A DNA stretch of 64,000 nucleotides, taken from assembly GCA_030704615.1 (NCBI GenBank), contig CM060731.1:56358001-56422000 (forward strand). The letters run 5' to 3'. A program made the translations under genes and the position numbers. Position 1 is the first letter of the stretch; each line of letters starts with the position of its first letter. Of the stretch, positions 11,280 through 23,800 are shown piece after piece. This stretch comes from Takakia lepidozioides. Taxonomy: Eukaryota > Plantae > Bryophyta. Below the pieces are notes generated by a model that was not told where the DNA came from, made no database searches, and worked only from the letters and a program-made list of their open reading frames with translations.

Positions 11280-14200
11280 TATAATAATACAGAACAGGGG
11301 ACAGTGGCCCTGGAAATTTTATTAATAAGGCAAGGAAGGAACAGATAGTGGAAAAAGTAACGACCATGGGGAAACACATGGGAAACTCCCAGGTCCTAGT
11401 GGCAAAGGAAAAAGAGAAGAAATGAAATGAAATGATACTTTACAACATCCACGGAAAGCTCATAGAGCTTATGGGACAAAGTGGAAGAAAACATGAGAGA
11501 GGAAACAAAACCAAAGCCAAGAATAAGAACTATTGCTCGAGTGATTGTCTAAGGGTGAAGGCGTCGTGCAGGGAAGCTACCAAGCATTTCTGATCCTCCT
11601 TCAGTGAGAGATTGGGTTCCACGGAATAAACAGTGGAATCTACCACGGATCTCGTAGTATAGAGGGCAATAGAAGAAGTGTTCATCAGTTTCAATTTCCC
11701 GGCTGCACCCTGTGCAAGTTGGATATAGGCGGTCCCCCAGTTGCAGGTTTTCCCATCTGCCAGTCTCTATCCATAGGTTGTGGGACCACCTTGAACCGCC
11801 CCAATGCCCTCAAGAGGGAAGGAGATAAAGATGCCGAAAGGTAATTGGGCCTTAAGATTCTATCATCTCGGAGCACCAAGAATATTGTCTCTCGATAGAA
11901 TGGAGATTTGTTGTGAGATTGGGTAGCTTCCAAGTTCTCTTGACATGTAGTTCGATAAGCTCCTTTCTGATGCATCTGTTGCGGTCCTATCTGGATATAA
12001 TGTCCACCCCTTCTGGACTTATTGGTAATAGTGAAAGCAATAGAGAGTCCATTGCGCTAAAAAAAACTATCCACTCGAGCATACCAGGAGTGCTTGAAAC
12101 TTGTAGCTTTGAGCCTAATAGATATAGGGCATCATCAGCATAGAGGAGATCTGAATGCATTGGTCCCCATCCAATGGCACCCCAACCCCATGGTTTTTAA
12201 AATGTAAACCTCCAAGGCGTCAATGTAGATCCTGAAAAGGGTAGGTGAAAGGGGGCAGCCTTGTTTGACCCCAATGTTGTTATGGACCTCTGCTGAGAAT
12301 TCCCCAGCAACGTTGACCATGCCAGTGTCAATCTGGCTGGAGGGACTCCCACTCTATGGAGCCGTTGGAAAAGAAGGTCTCGAGGAACTGAATCAAAAGC
12401 CTTGTGAAAGTCAACGAAGCAAATTAACATATACCATTCTTTTGTCATAGCTTGCACGTTCCACCATAACCTGAAGAGTGAAAATGTGGTCAAGAGTGGA
12501 TATGTTGCAATGGAAACTAGTTTGTCCCTTAGCACGTATGTGCGAGGCCAGACGTGAATGTCAGTGATTGGGGGCGGGGGGGGGGTCTATGTGAGGTTTA
12601 AGAAAAGACAAAAAAGAATGAGGGGAAAATCTGACTTTTGCAAGGAAAGTAGATTGCAGCTTGAGAGTGTAGGCTCTCTTTCTAGATCTAATGAGGGACT
12701 TATAGTGCTTAAGAGCTAGGTTTTTGAAATCTGGAGAGGAATGGATATCAAGCAGTAAAGACTTGATGTGACGTCTAGGACCTTTGCATTCTTCATCATA
12801 GAATGGTGCATAACGGCAAGTGGAGAAGGATGAGGAGGTAGATGGGAGGGTGACGGGGAAGGATTGCAGGGCCGAGTCCCAAAGAGCGTGAGTAAGATGG
12901 GTAGCCTTGTCATTAGGAGATGGTAGATCTAAAATGGAGGGGAGGATTGACGCTAAGCATGTTTCATACTCAATGTCGTGTAAGTGAGAGAAGGGGTATT
13001 AAAGTGAATACGTGGGTGTAAAGGGAGAGAAGCAGAGGAGCCCTTCACGGGAAGAGAGATGGAAGGAAATGCAAAGGAAATGCAAGAGTGACGGAGAATC
13101 CGGGTACTTTGTGATGTAAAAAGAGCTAACCCTATCAGTTGTGTTGGGGCTCCCGGCAAAGAGATAGTCGACCACGCTCTGTCCCTTGTACGTGTGGCAG
13201 GTAAACTGGCTAGAGGATTTGAAATTAGTTGTGTCATTGTAAAATCTCACAAAACTTGAGTAGATGGCGACCATAGCTTATGATTTCGCTAGAAACATCT
13301 GCACTTTGTCTCTCCGAGTTCATATGTGAGTGTTGGATGTGTAGAAGATCCGTGGGGTCGAAGGTTGGGGCCTGTAGTACTGATCCTGTACGGGCGTTGA
13401 AATCTCCAACCCAGAATATGTCTGTGTGTAGGGTACGGAGACGGGACATATCCTCTTCCAATGGAACATACGGCGAATCTGTTCGCATGTGTAGCGACTG
13501 TGTGGAGATGCAGCCGGAGCAAAATAACATCCCGCCAGTAGAATGTTTGGTTGAGGGTTGTAGCCTTTGATGTGACACGGAATGTACCTTGCCAATGGGT
13601 CTTTGTATGGGAAGGAGATAAATGAGAGAGGCCAGTCAACAAATTAACAAGCCACTCCACCAAAGCGTTTGAGACCTGTACGTGGACGAGTCACTGACTA
13701 ACCGCAAATAGAAAGGGGGTCCTTTCCTTCATACACATGTGTTCCAAGAGAAAAAAAAATCACACTTGGAAAAAATATCAAGAAGCCCTTGGGGATGGCT
13801 CCACAGTGAGCCATTATAGTTTCATGAGCCGAGGTGTAGATGTGAGCGTGTGTTGGTCTTATGGGGCCCCAACCCCTTATTAGAGTTAGAGGGCCGACTC
13901 TCTTGCTATTGGACAATTACCTTCCCATCTCAGTACACTGCATAGTGCCTCTATGCCCGAGCCTGTTTGACCTGCAAGAGTTGAGCCCGCATGACATTGT
14001 ATTGCAAGGGGGTCAAATCATCATTCAGATACATACCCTGACCTCTCAATTGAGACCTCTGGCGGAGGACCCTATCCCGAGTACCTCTATCCTTGAATCG
14101 AATGAATAGGCCTTTGTGCTCTGAAGTTCCTATACGCCAAGCCCGTTCAATGCCACTCGTTCCCGTGGTAGAGCAAGGTTTTGTGGAATAAGGGTGGTGG

Positions 14201-14983
14201 CCGCGCCAAGAGGGTTACCCTCTGCGAGGGTCCCTAGCTTTTCAATGACCCTGATGTTAAAATAGCCGAGACTGTCTCCTCTAGAGAGTGAGGACTCTTG
14301 TTGGATGTGTTGCCCTTAACTATATTAGCCCAAGAAGAAGCCTCTGCCTTGTGAGCTTGGAGCTCTCGGGCCATTGTAGACGTCGCAGTTTTGTGTGTTT
14401 CCAGCTCTTTACTCAAGGTTTCCACCTACTAGTGAATGCGTACCGTGAGGGGGTCTGGGAGGCCCTTCTCTATGAGGGTCTTCACTTCGCCTTCCAGTTT
14501 TGAAAGACGTGTTTGTGTGGTTTTCACTTTGAGCTGTTTCAAACAAACCATCTAGCTTGTTATTGCTCTCCGGAAAAGAGGCCCACAAGACGGTGACCTC
14601 AACTCGCAGATTCTCCATGTGTTTGTCTCGGGTTACCAACGACTTCTCCAAGTCCCTGTGGGGTCTGCAAGCCGCTTCTCCCAATCCTTGTCTCGGGCAT
14701 CAAGCAATTGTATAGGGTCACTTCGGAGATGCATCAATTTTGCAAGATAGAGATTTGGTCCCGAAGGGTTTGAACGTTAGCACTCCTCGTGGAGTACTGA
14801 CACAATGGAGAAGCCTGTTGAGAGACCGGGCAGGAAGAAGAAGTAGAGGGGACCTGGGGTGAGATGAGGGTGACGGGGAGTCTGCATCCTCGTCGACCAT
14901 CCTTTGGCGTTTGGAGGAGGCTAGGACATGGTGGGGTGGAGGCGGCGCTGGTGCGCCAACGCGCGAGCGTCGACGTGCTGACG
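11280..14983 (-). mobile_element. Degenerate near full-length LINE (coiled-coil ORF1, APE endonuclease, RT)
   Basis: ORF1-like coiled coil ...ELQAHKAEASSWANIVKG. EN motifs VGDFNARTG and QSVVDYLF. RT motifs CFVDFHKAFDSVPR, GVKQGCPLSPTLF and LYADDAL. C-terminal Cys/His motif near 11640-11720. Many stops and deletions. Confidence 0.85.
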
Positions 14984-16496
14984 AGAGAGAGAGAGAGAGT
15001 TTGTCTACCACCCAGAGAAAAAGAGTGGCAGAGAAGAACTGCAGTAATGCTGAGAAGAACTACAACAGAGAGTAAGGGGGAAGGAGGCCTAGAATGAAAG
15101 CCCCTTCTGCCAAGGAGGAATAATCCTCAGTGTAGCAGAGCCAAAGTCCAAGTGGGCCTTGGATTTGGAGAGACTGAGCTTGCGGTGGCGCCGGTTGACC
15201 TCTGGGTCATCTCCTTCCACATGGGATTTGCCAAGGATGAGGGAACGACAACCGAAAGTAGCTGCCTTCTTCGCCTTTCTCCACATCTAGGAAGCGCTGT
15301 AAGCACAGAAAGCCAACCCTTACGCCCTTCACTCATTAGGTCAGCATAGATAATTCTGTAAAGAAGAATCTCGGCCTGCCCTCAAACACAGTTAAACATC
15401 TAGATCTCCATATAGACCGCAAAGTATAAGCTCTGATGACTGCCCAGACAGGACAGAGGGACCAGACAGCATTGAAACGAATATTAAGCAGTAGGAGGGC
15501 AGACTTGAGAAGGTAATCACAAGGAATATTTTCCTTTTATTACTAAATTTTTCTTTTTCACTCTTCTGGAACAGGCTTTCCTCTCATGTGCAGCTATCGG
15601 TGACAATCCACATCAAAATGAAATTTAATGATAGTTTCACTCACTAGCTTGCACGCCATGGTGGTATGTGTGTTGTGTATATATATTACCAATGTCTCAA
15701 GACTTGAGCAACAAAGATTTAGGATGCTCTTAAAGAATCTACATCTGACTTGGCCTGATCAACCCAGATAAGGTTATAGTATGTATCCACTCTGACTTCC
15801 ATGTTGACGGCTTGCTGATTTGATTACTGCACATGTATTTGAAAATACATGTAAGAGATGTACTTCACCCACCCATTTCAAAATGTTTGGGTACAAATTC
15901 ACAAACCACACCTCAGAAGTGCTTCAAAGCTTCTGGATAGCTGAGGATGGTTGGGACACAGAAACTTGCACTAGCAAGGGCTGGCTGGGACATGAGGTTG
16001 AAGTATTTTATTAATGCAAGCAATACTACTGTAGCTCACTTGTTGAGCAAATTGACATGTGGCTGTGGCTGGAGTGCACAGTTCTGGTTGCAGAAGCACT
16101 GCCATATAACCCAGTGTGGCTAGTTTCCTGTGGTGAAAAGTTATCCCTTCCCATTTGTTCCCTTGTGGCTACTGTTTATACTGTTAAGCTCGTTGCTACT
16201 TGTCAATCATATGCAGCCAAAACCTTAGGGTGCCTTGAGATCAGATCAGATCAGATCACTCTTAAATTTCTTTTAAGTGCTGTTTGACTGCTGTTACTCA
16301 TAACCATCCTGTCAATGCATCAATACCTCTGTTTTATTTCCCTTTCTGGGATTGCTGCCTTTGCCAGGAAACCTCCAACTTTTTGGACATGTTCTATTAC
16401 TGTAGAGTTGGAATAGATAGTAAATTCTCAAGTTACAATGCAAGCTTGACACTATCGCACAAAAATGTCATTCTAGAACCACTGGCATTCCATAAC

Positions 16497-19263
16497 CTAA
16501 AACATTCCATCACTTCCCCCCTCCCCTAATAAAGACATAGCCTTCTGCATGGCAGAAGGTGAAATAGAAACAGCCTGCCCTTTGGCAGTTCGGAACATGG
16601 ACATAGATGTTGAGGCAGCCCCAGGAATTGGGAAGGAGGATTCCCTAACACAGTTAGAAGGTTGAACAGCATCCCGGCTTGGTACACTCACAGCTCTCGA
16701 AGGGGGTTTGAAACCTCGTACACCAGTCCGACTGCCTGCATCAGCTGCTTGCTCCTTATGAACAGCACTGAATTGGTGATTCCAAGATTGGAGTTGGGAA
16801 GCTGCTTGGTCGTTACCCATACCCGTGCCTTGCTGTTTCCAACATTGCATACGAGAAGCTGCTTGCACCTTACCAACGGCACTCAATTGTTGATTCCAAG
16901 ATTTCAGTTGAGAAGCTGTTTGGTCTTTAACCACACCACCAAATTGTTGTTTCCAACATTGCGTTTGAGAAGCTGCTTGTTCTTCACCAACAGCGCTGAA
17001 TTGTTGATTCAAAGATTTCCTTTCAGAAGATGCTTCACCACCAAGACCTGCATCAGAGTCATCACCTAACAATGCCTGGGCCCTGGCTATGCCAGCTGTA
17101 GACACTTGCACCGGTCTGCCAGAAGCTGTTTGAAAGATGGGCCCACCCACATTTCTCACATCCTCTGGCCCTGCACGCCCTCAACATCAGGTGAAGACAT
17201 TTAGTATGTGAAATTCCAGCCCCCCGAGTCAACATTTGCAATCTGATGAAGAAAAGTATGGATGGATGAGCATACTCTGTGCACAGGTATTGCTGAATAG
17301 TTAGCATGCGGCCAACATCGGACCACCCCAAGCTCGGGCAACAGAAGGCCTTTGCAGAACAAAACAAGATGGGAGACTTCAACTCAGCAATAAATTGGAG
17401 CACCACTTCAAGATTTAATCAACCTTCTGAGCAAAGTGTAGTGATGGCCATTTTCAATCTACCTCGTTGGTCAAAAGATGGGTGATTCAAATGCTGTAGT
17501 GGAGCAATACGTCCTGTGTGTTGTTGTTGATCACAGGACCTTTCCACTGGAAGTTGCAAGTTTTGCCTCACTTCTTGATGTAAACTGCCCTTTGTTGACA
17601 CATCATTATGTGGGATTGATGCAACCCTCCCAGTTGCAGCCCCAGCATTCAATGGCTTTGTCAATTGATGTGACGCAACAACACGCTGACCTGGATATTG
17701 GCCGCCTCCACAAAATGCGGTCTTGGTTCTTGCATGGTCAGGAACTTGCAAGACTTTTTTCATCTCTTGATGGAAATGACCTTTGTTTGACGTATAAGAT
17801 GGGTTCGAGGGAACTCCACTCACTGCTGCCCCATGGGTGTTTGTCTGTTTGCCACCTATTTGGATCACATCCCCATTACCAACCGATTCCATGTGCTTGG
17901 AGACTTCTGCCTGCTTACCAAAGTTCTTTGCTGCAGATGTTTGTAGTAGTCTTGGGGCTACGAACCTCTTCTTTATGCAGTTTCCTGTGCCCTGCCATAG
18001 AAGAGGCTTTGTGTTGGGCAATCTCAACACCTGTTTTGAAAGACCTAGGGTCTTGTTCCGTTGCTTGCTTGTATCCTGGAATCAAATCCACATGTGAGAT
18101 GGACGTCCACACTGACCCTTCTACTTATGATGGCCTTTTCTAGAGATGCAACCGCTGCCAAGCCTGGTAAGACATCATGATGGACGTTTAAAATTGACGC
18201 CAGGGTATCAGAGGCCTCCTGACAATCTGGCGTCTGAGCGTTTGGAGCTGCATTTACTATGACATGCACACAAAATAAAGGAAATGGGCAACAAAGGCAT
18301 GCCAGAATGGAAACAGAGACAAAGAATGCCGACGGCAATGTCAAGGAGCAAGGAGCCATGAGAAAATGAAGATTCTCAGATTCCACAGAACCTCAGGAAA
18401 GCATGAACTCTTACTTCTGAAGGTCCCGGGGAAACGTAATCCAGCAGATTCTCCTTCCCGTTCTTTCCTCCGAGGGCGGTTGGATTTGGAACTTTGGTCT
18501 CTCCAGGCAGCGGTACAAATTTTCCATCCGCATGAACTGTGAATGGTTCCCACGTGGGGTCTTCTATGTCGTCCTCAGGAGCACTCTCGTGTCCTCGTAA
18601 TCGTTTCGCACCTACACCGATTTGAAGCATCAGTCATAGAAAGAAAGAAGGACATGTTGTAATGTCTATACAAAACCTGAAAAGTGGTAGCAGAAGCAAA
18701 ATTACAGAAAAGATGGAAGCAAGATTACGTCCATCCGAGAGATACGGAGAAACAGATAACTTCATAATAACGTCCTGCAGGATGCAACTGATGAGCTCTT
18801 TCAGTTGATGAGTTCTTGGTTTGCTCTACCCTGCCCCATGGGTCCCTCTGTGGACGCTATGAAGTTCCATGTTGTTTTCTTTCTTGCTCATGAGAAACAG
18901 ATAAGAGAGGGAGGCAGGGAGAGCTTGGACCTCGTAAGACAAGGTGAAGAACGTTAGGCGAGCACTTCCATGAACACTATATATACACTCTAGTTCAACG
19001 AGGAAGAAACATCTCCAAGGTCAACTTGACTTTCTGCCGACCGAAACACCGTTCACCCTGGAACAATGACACCACTCACTCTGCTTGTTTGTCTTGTCGT
19101 TTGCAGGATTTCGAGGTTTTGCCGGTCTCTGCTGCGAAATTGGCCTCCCCGCCATCAGTTTACCCAATTTCTTCAATCTCCAGGACCCGTCCTCCACAGC
19201 TTTGCTCGACGGCGCCACATTTGTCACCATCCATTCCTCCAAGGTTCTCTTCATCCCACACAA
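16497..19263 (-). CDS. BRCA2: BRCA2-like BRC-repeat protein, multi-exon, apparently C-terminally truncated (possible pseudogene)
   Basis: Two BRC repeats (IFQTASGRPVQVSTAGIARAQALL; MFRTAKGQAVSISPSAMQKAMSLL) and FxxP/FxPP-like motifs (KRFVAPR, GFKPPSR). GT-AG joins in compatible phases link exons at ~18415-18630, ~18115-18215, ~17422-18033 and ~16497-17170. The 5' exon (19056-19263) is uncertain. No OB-fold/helical DBD is visible downstream. Confidence 0.6.
16740..17015 (-). repeat. Coding 57-bp (19-aa) tandem repeat, ~4.7 units, between the two BRC repeats
   Basis: LNQQFSAVGEEQAASQTQC / WKQQFGGVVKDQTASQLKS / WNQQLSAVGKVQAASRMQC / WKQQGTGMGNDQAASQLQS / WNHQFSAVHKEQAA. Confidence 0.9.
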
Positions 19264-20813
19264 CCCGGAACTTTCTTCTGGCGCACGGCTTTACTCCACT
19301 CGCTTAACTCTTTTAATCACTGATCTCCAGCTCATCAGAAAACCCAAACCTCCAATCCTCCGACTCTGTAAATCCTTAAACCCTGACTGGTAAACGAACC
19401 CTGAATCCCTCAAGTTCAATCTGAACAAAACCAGTCCCAAGTCTTGTCCCTCCAAAGCTGCAACGAAACCAGTGGTGCTCTCAACTCTCCAATAAGCAGA
19501 CAACCAATTCCCACCTCCTGTTTACTCTCTTCTGATGCATCCAACACTCCCCACCGGAACAGAAACACCACAATCTCAGCTCCTCACAAACCACTTGCAG
19601 CTCTCAGCTAAAGCCCAGCACAATCCCAGAGCTCTCGCAGAGATCAACAAAAAGGGAGAGGGTGAAGAATTGAACTGAACGCGATTCCCGCCACGCCAAT
19701 TACAGAGCAGAATCTACAGATTGAACCCTACTCTGCTCATCCAGAATTCATCCTCCCCGACTTGCTTTGTTTACTATAGTAGTTAGTGCTCTAGCTCCCC
19801 CTTGCTTCCCTCTTTCGCTTTTCCTACACTAACGTGCCCCCCCGTTGATGTTTTGACGGCTTCGCGTTACTCCCTTCGTGCAAGCAATTGATGCAGTTGT
19901 TCATTTTGTCCTTCCCGCCTTATTTGGTTCTCTGGCTGCCGTCTTTGTGCAGGATTTGTCGCCTTCACTTCACGGGGCTTTACGCCGCCCACAAGCGTTT
20001 ATCTCCAGCTTTGTCTTGTTACATTTCCTCCTTTTATTTGTGCCAGTGTTCTTTCCTCTGGGACCTTCTTCGCTGCCGTTTCTCCATAGTATCTATTTTG
20101 TTCGGCGCTCCCTTGTGCATGTTAGCCGCTCTTTTTTCACTTGCACTGCCCTCAGTTTGTCTTGGCGTAGTTTTCTCTTGTCTGCATGTCGTTGGATTTT
20201 TTCTACAGTTTCCTATACCTCTTGGATCTCTCTTGGTCCAATCTTCTTTCCTTCTTCGGGCGATTTCCTCTTTCTGCGGTTCCTGCGATTGCCCCCCGTT
20301 CCTCCGTTTCGCTCCTTCTTCTTCTTCTTCGTCCGCCACGATGGTCTATATCGGAAAGAACTCCACAACTCCAAGCATTCTGATTGGTGCAACTATGAAA
20401 CGATACAAATTTGTGTAAACTTCATGAAATCAAGCATTTAGTTCCAAGTGTGTTGGGGCATCTTATGAAATTTACTAGGGTAGAAGAACGACGAGAATTC
20501 GCCGTTAGTTTTTACCATCTTAAGATGAATGGTCATAGGCCTGAAAATCCTTGATGCTCCCAGTGTGACAAGGCTTGTCCATTCTGTTGCTGTGGTGTGG
20601 CTTTCCTACCTGTTGAGCATAGGCCCCGTGGGATGCTAGCCTTAACAGAGCCTTTTATGGGCTTCTGATGACTACGCACAGAGGGAGAGGGGGAAGGCAA
20701 AAGAAAGAAGTGAAGAAGAGATCCAAAGCTTCTGGGCAGGATGAGTAAGAAGGGTGCGCTTATGCTTTTCCCAATAATTCTTGTAAGTATTATACACGCC
20801 ATGGTCTAAATGC

Positions 20814-23800
20814 TCAGTAGGCAAATAGTTGTCGTCTGGTTGCCTCAAATGGCAATGAGGAAGGCTTCCGCGAGCTAAAAGCTGTCAAATCCTTCACAGT
20901 CTCGTCCATCAGGTCCTTGAAAATCATACGCTCTACCTCTAAGCTCACCTCTCCAACCTCAACCCGAAAGTCTTCACATTGATCTCTTGGAGTGGTGAGG
21001 TCCTTCCGAAGAATAGTGTAGAGGGTGTCACAAACGTCCTCTGATGTAAGGGATGGCACCTCTTGCAATTCATCCCAAATCTCCTGCACTAGGTGCTGTC
21101 CAGCAGGTCTTTTGCGCAGAATGGGTGGAGAGAACCCAACCCATGGCTCCGGGTTCAAATACACGGCCAGCTTTCTAGCCAAAATTTCGTTGACACTGTC
21201 AAACACCAAACGGCGGTCCAGGACCTGTTTTTGTCTCTCTTCCTCACTCTTTCGCCGATGGTCTGAGAGGAAATAGATGTTCTTCTTTCTACCTGATTCT
21301 TGCAGCTGCCTTCTCTTCTCCTCTGACCAATTGAAGAGACTGGGATTAATCATGTTACCAGAGGAAGGCCACCCACAATCAGGAGAACTGCTTTCCTCTG
21401 TGAGCCCTGACAAAACCAAAAGGTCCCTCACATAGGCCCTTTCCTCGTCTTTGTTCTTGAATGAGCTTCCAAGGGCCTTCCTTGAGTTGTCAGTCCCTCT
21501 GGCACTGTCGTGAGGGACTTGTATTTTGAGTTTGGGTTCAACCCGGCACAACTCTTGGTCGTGAAGGTCAGTCCCTTCTGCAACATTCAATGGCAAGCAT
21601 GGCCCAGCACTGGTAGAAAGTGTAGATGTTACGGGCGCTGCTATTGAGGCATCCTGCAGGTGCAAATGCACAGAACTGGTGGAACCCCAACCCCTCTCCG
21701 TCTTGAAGGCGTCTGCATGTGAGACACAATTATTGTTCATCGAGACTTCCCCTCTAGAGAGAAAACAGGAGATGAACTCGACACATGAAGTTGAACCAAG
21801 GAACAATCATGGTGGGGATGTGAGGGCAGGAGCATCAGGGGTAACAAACAGGAAGGTCCACATGATTTTTCTGGTCGAGCAAACCTGAGGTTTCTCACTC
21901 CTTGCCCCCTCGAGATCTCATACATAACTTTCACATGGGTGATTCTGGCTGAATTTCAGGTTCTGCAACCTTCGGTCCTGGAATTTTAGGTGACAGGCTA
22001 TTTGAACTGCAGATTCTTGGTGAACATTCGTAGCCAACAGCAGGACTGTAAGATTTGGGTGCTACTCTCTATCATTGCTATAGACAATGAAGGTGTCTGC
22101 AGAGAGATCTCTGAGCAAAGGAGTGTCCTTAGAAAGATCAGAGAAATTTTCATGCAAGTTGCCAAACTGGAAATTATATTAGTACTAAACCCACAAGTGA
22201 ATGAGGGAAATACTCCACGGCGCATAGCTTTTATGTGGGATGGGATTGCTAAAAACACATCTCATGGTATTGATATGTAGAATTCAGATGCTCACCTTGA
22301 AGGCTTACAGCACGGGTCTTGCTGGTCCTTGGACTTGGGGTGCATTCCTCCTCCTGGAAAGGAGTATTGTCAAGTACAGATACAGGGCTTGGCTGCTCTG
22401 CAGTATCCCCCAGGGGTCCACGCTCACTGAACTCAAACATTTTCACCAAGACACCTCGTGGGGTTAGGACTCCTGAAAGCTCTCCTTCGCCAACTGCTTT
22501 CAGAGGTTTTAGCTCACCAAGGCTTACTCCTGCCACCTGTGCATTTGCCACCATTTACCCACTCTGCGCTTAGTACAAATTGGTTGGCGGCGTTATAGAC
22601 ACATCTGGATCACTGATGAAACACAAAGTGTCTAAAAATTCCATGTGTGATATGCCCGACCCACCTCCACTGAAGAATTGCTTGTGAAAGCACTGGTAGG
22701 GCTGTCCTTGCCACTGTCGTGCACAGCTCTGCTCTCCGTGACTGGCACCTTAGTGCCAGCTTCGGTAACTCCATGATCCTTGTCTTCAAGAATCTTGGAT
22801 GTTTTCTCCAGCACAATTTTCCCAAGTTTCAGACTCTTTGCCCGGGAAACAGGTGGGGAGCTATTGATATTCATTGAAGGATCAGCTTGTGCTGTTGCAG
22901 CATCAGGGGTTACTGTCACAATTGTCGGGTTTGAGGTGTCTTTCTCCTGCAACTGGTCATGAGATTCCAATGTAGCTATGGTAGAAACTGCTACTGTCTT
23001 TGTATCTACAGCCATCAGCACTACAGATTTTTCAGCCGGATTGCTGGTCTTTATTGGTCGCTTGGATTGAAGAACCATCACATCCCCAGGGGCCCACTCC
23101 CCTTGAGCTTTGCAAGAAGAAGGGTCTATCGCAGTGAGCTTCTCAGAAATCTTGGAGTTGAGTTTGCCATCAGATCTGCTGCGGTGCAGCCTGGATGTCA
23201 CAGGGTCCGCACTGGCCCTCCCCTTCAGGACTTTCTTAGATAGTAACAGCTGCGATGTTACTGGTGTGGCTTTACTCTCTTCTTTGTCTCCTACAAGTAA
23301 AGCCTTTCCTTGTGCCTTGGCAGTCTCAATCTTTCGGGTACTTAAGCTGTCGAACGTGCTCCTGCCTGGAGATCCTGGCTTTGGAGAGCTGGATTCCTTA
23401 GCTAGAGATGACTGAGGTTTCCATTGTGGAAAGGAGTTTAGCCGAGGACCCCGGGGGCTCAACTCTCGCCCAGCTTGCAAAACCTCATATGTGGCTTTTG
23501 CTTTGTGGGCAGCAATGCTCGCCCTCCTTGGCAATCTGAACATGGCCACCCCCTCCTCCAAATTGCAGTTGTTTTGCTCCAGAGACCCAACAGTGGTCTG
23601 GATTTGAGCTCTTAGTGGCCTTCCAATGACAACCACCCCGCAATTTGCACTCTTTGTAGGTCCCCTGCAAGTTAAGTTTCAAATGGTATATTCAGTACTC
23701 CAACATAAAACAATAAAATAAATTGAACAGACGCACAAAGAAGAATCTTGAGTTTGCTCATTGCTCTTTCTTAAGCAAGAGACCTCAAATCTGCCCTGCT

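Noticed and set aside
15089-15350. Short coding-like segment ending ...LRIIPPWQKGLSF
   Set aside because: I could not assign it to a family or link it by splicing to the BRC-repeat gene.
19878-20441. Overlapping 176-187-aa hydrophobic ORFs
   Set aside because: CT-rich low-complexity sequence depleted of stop codons, with no recognisable domain.
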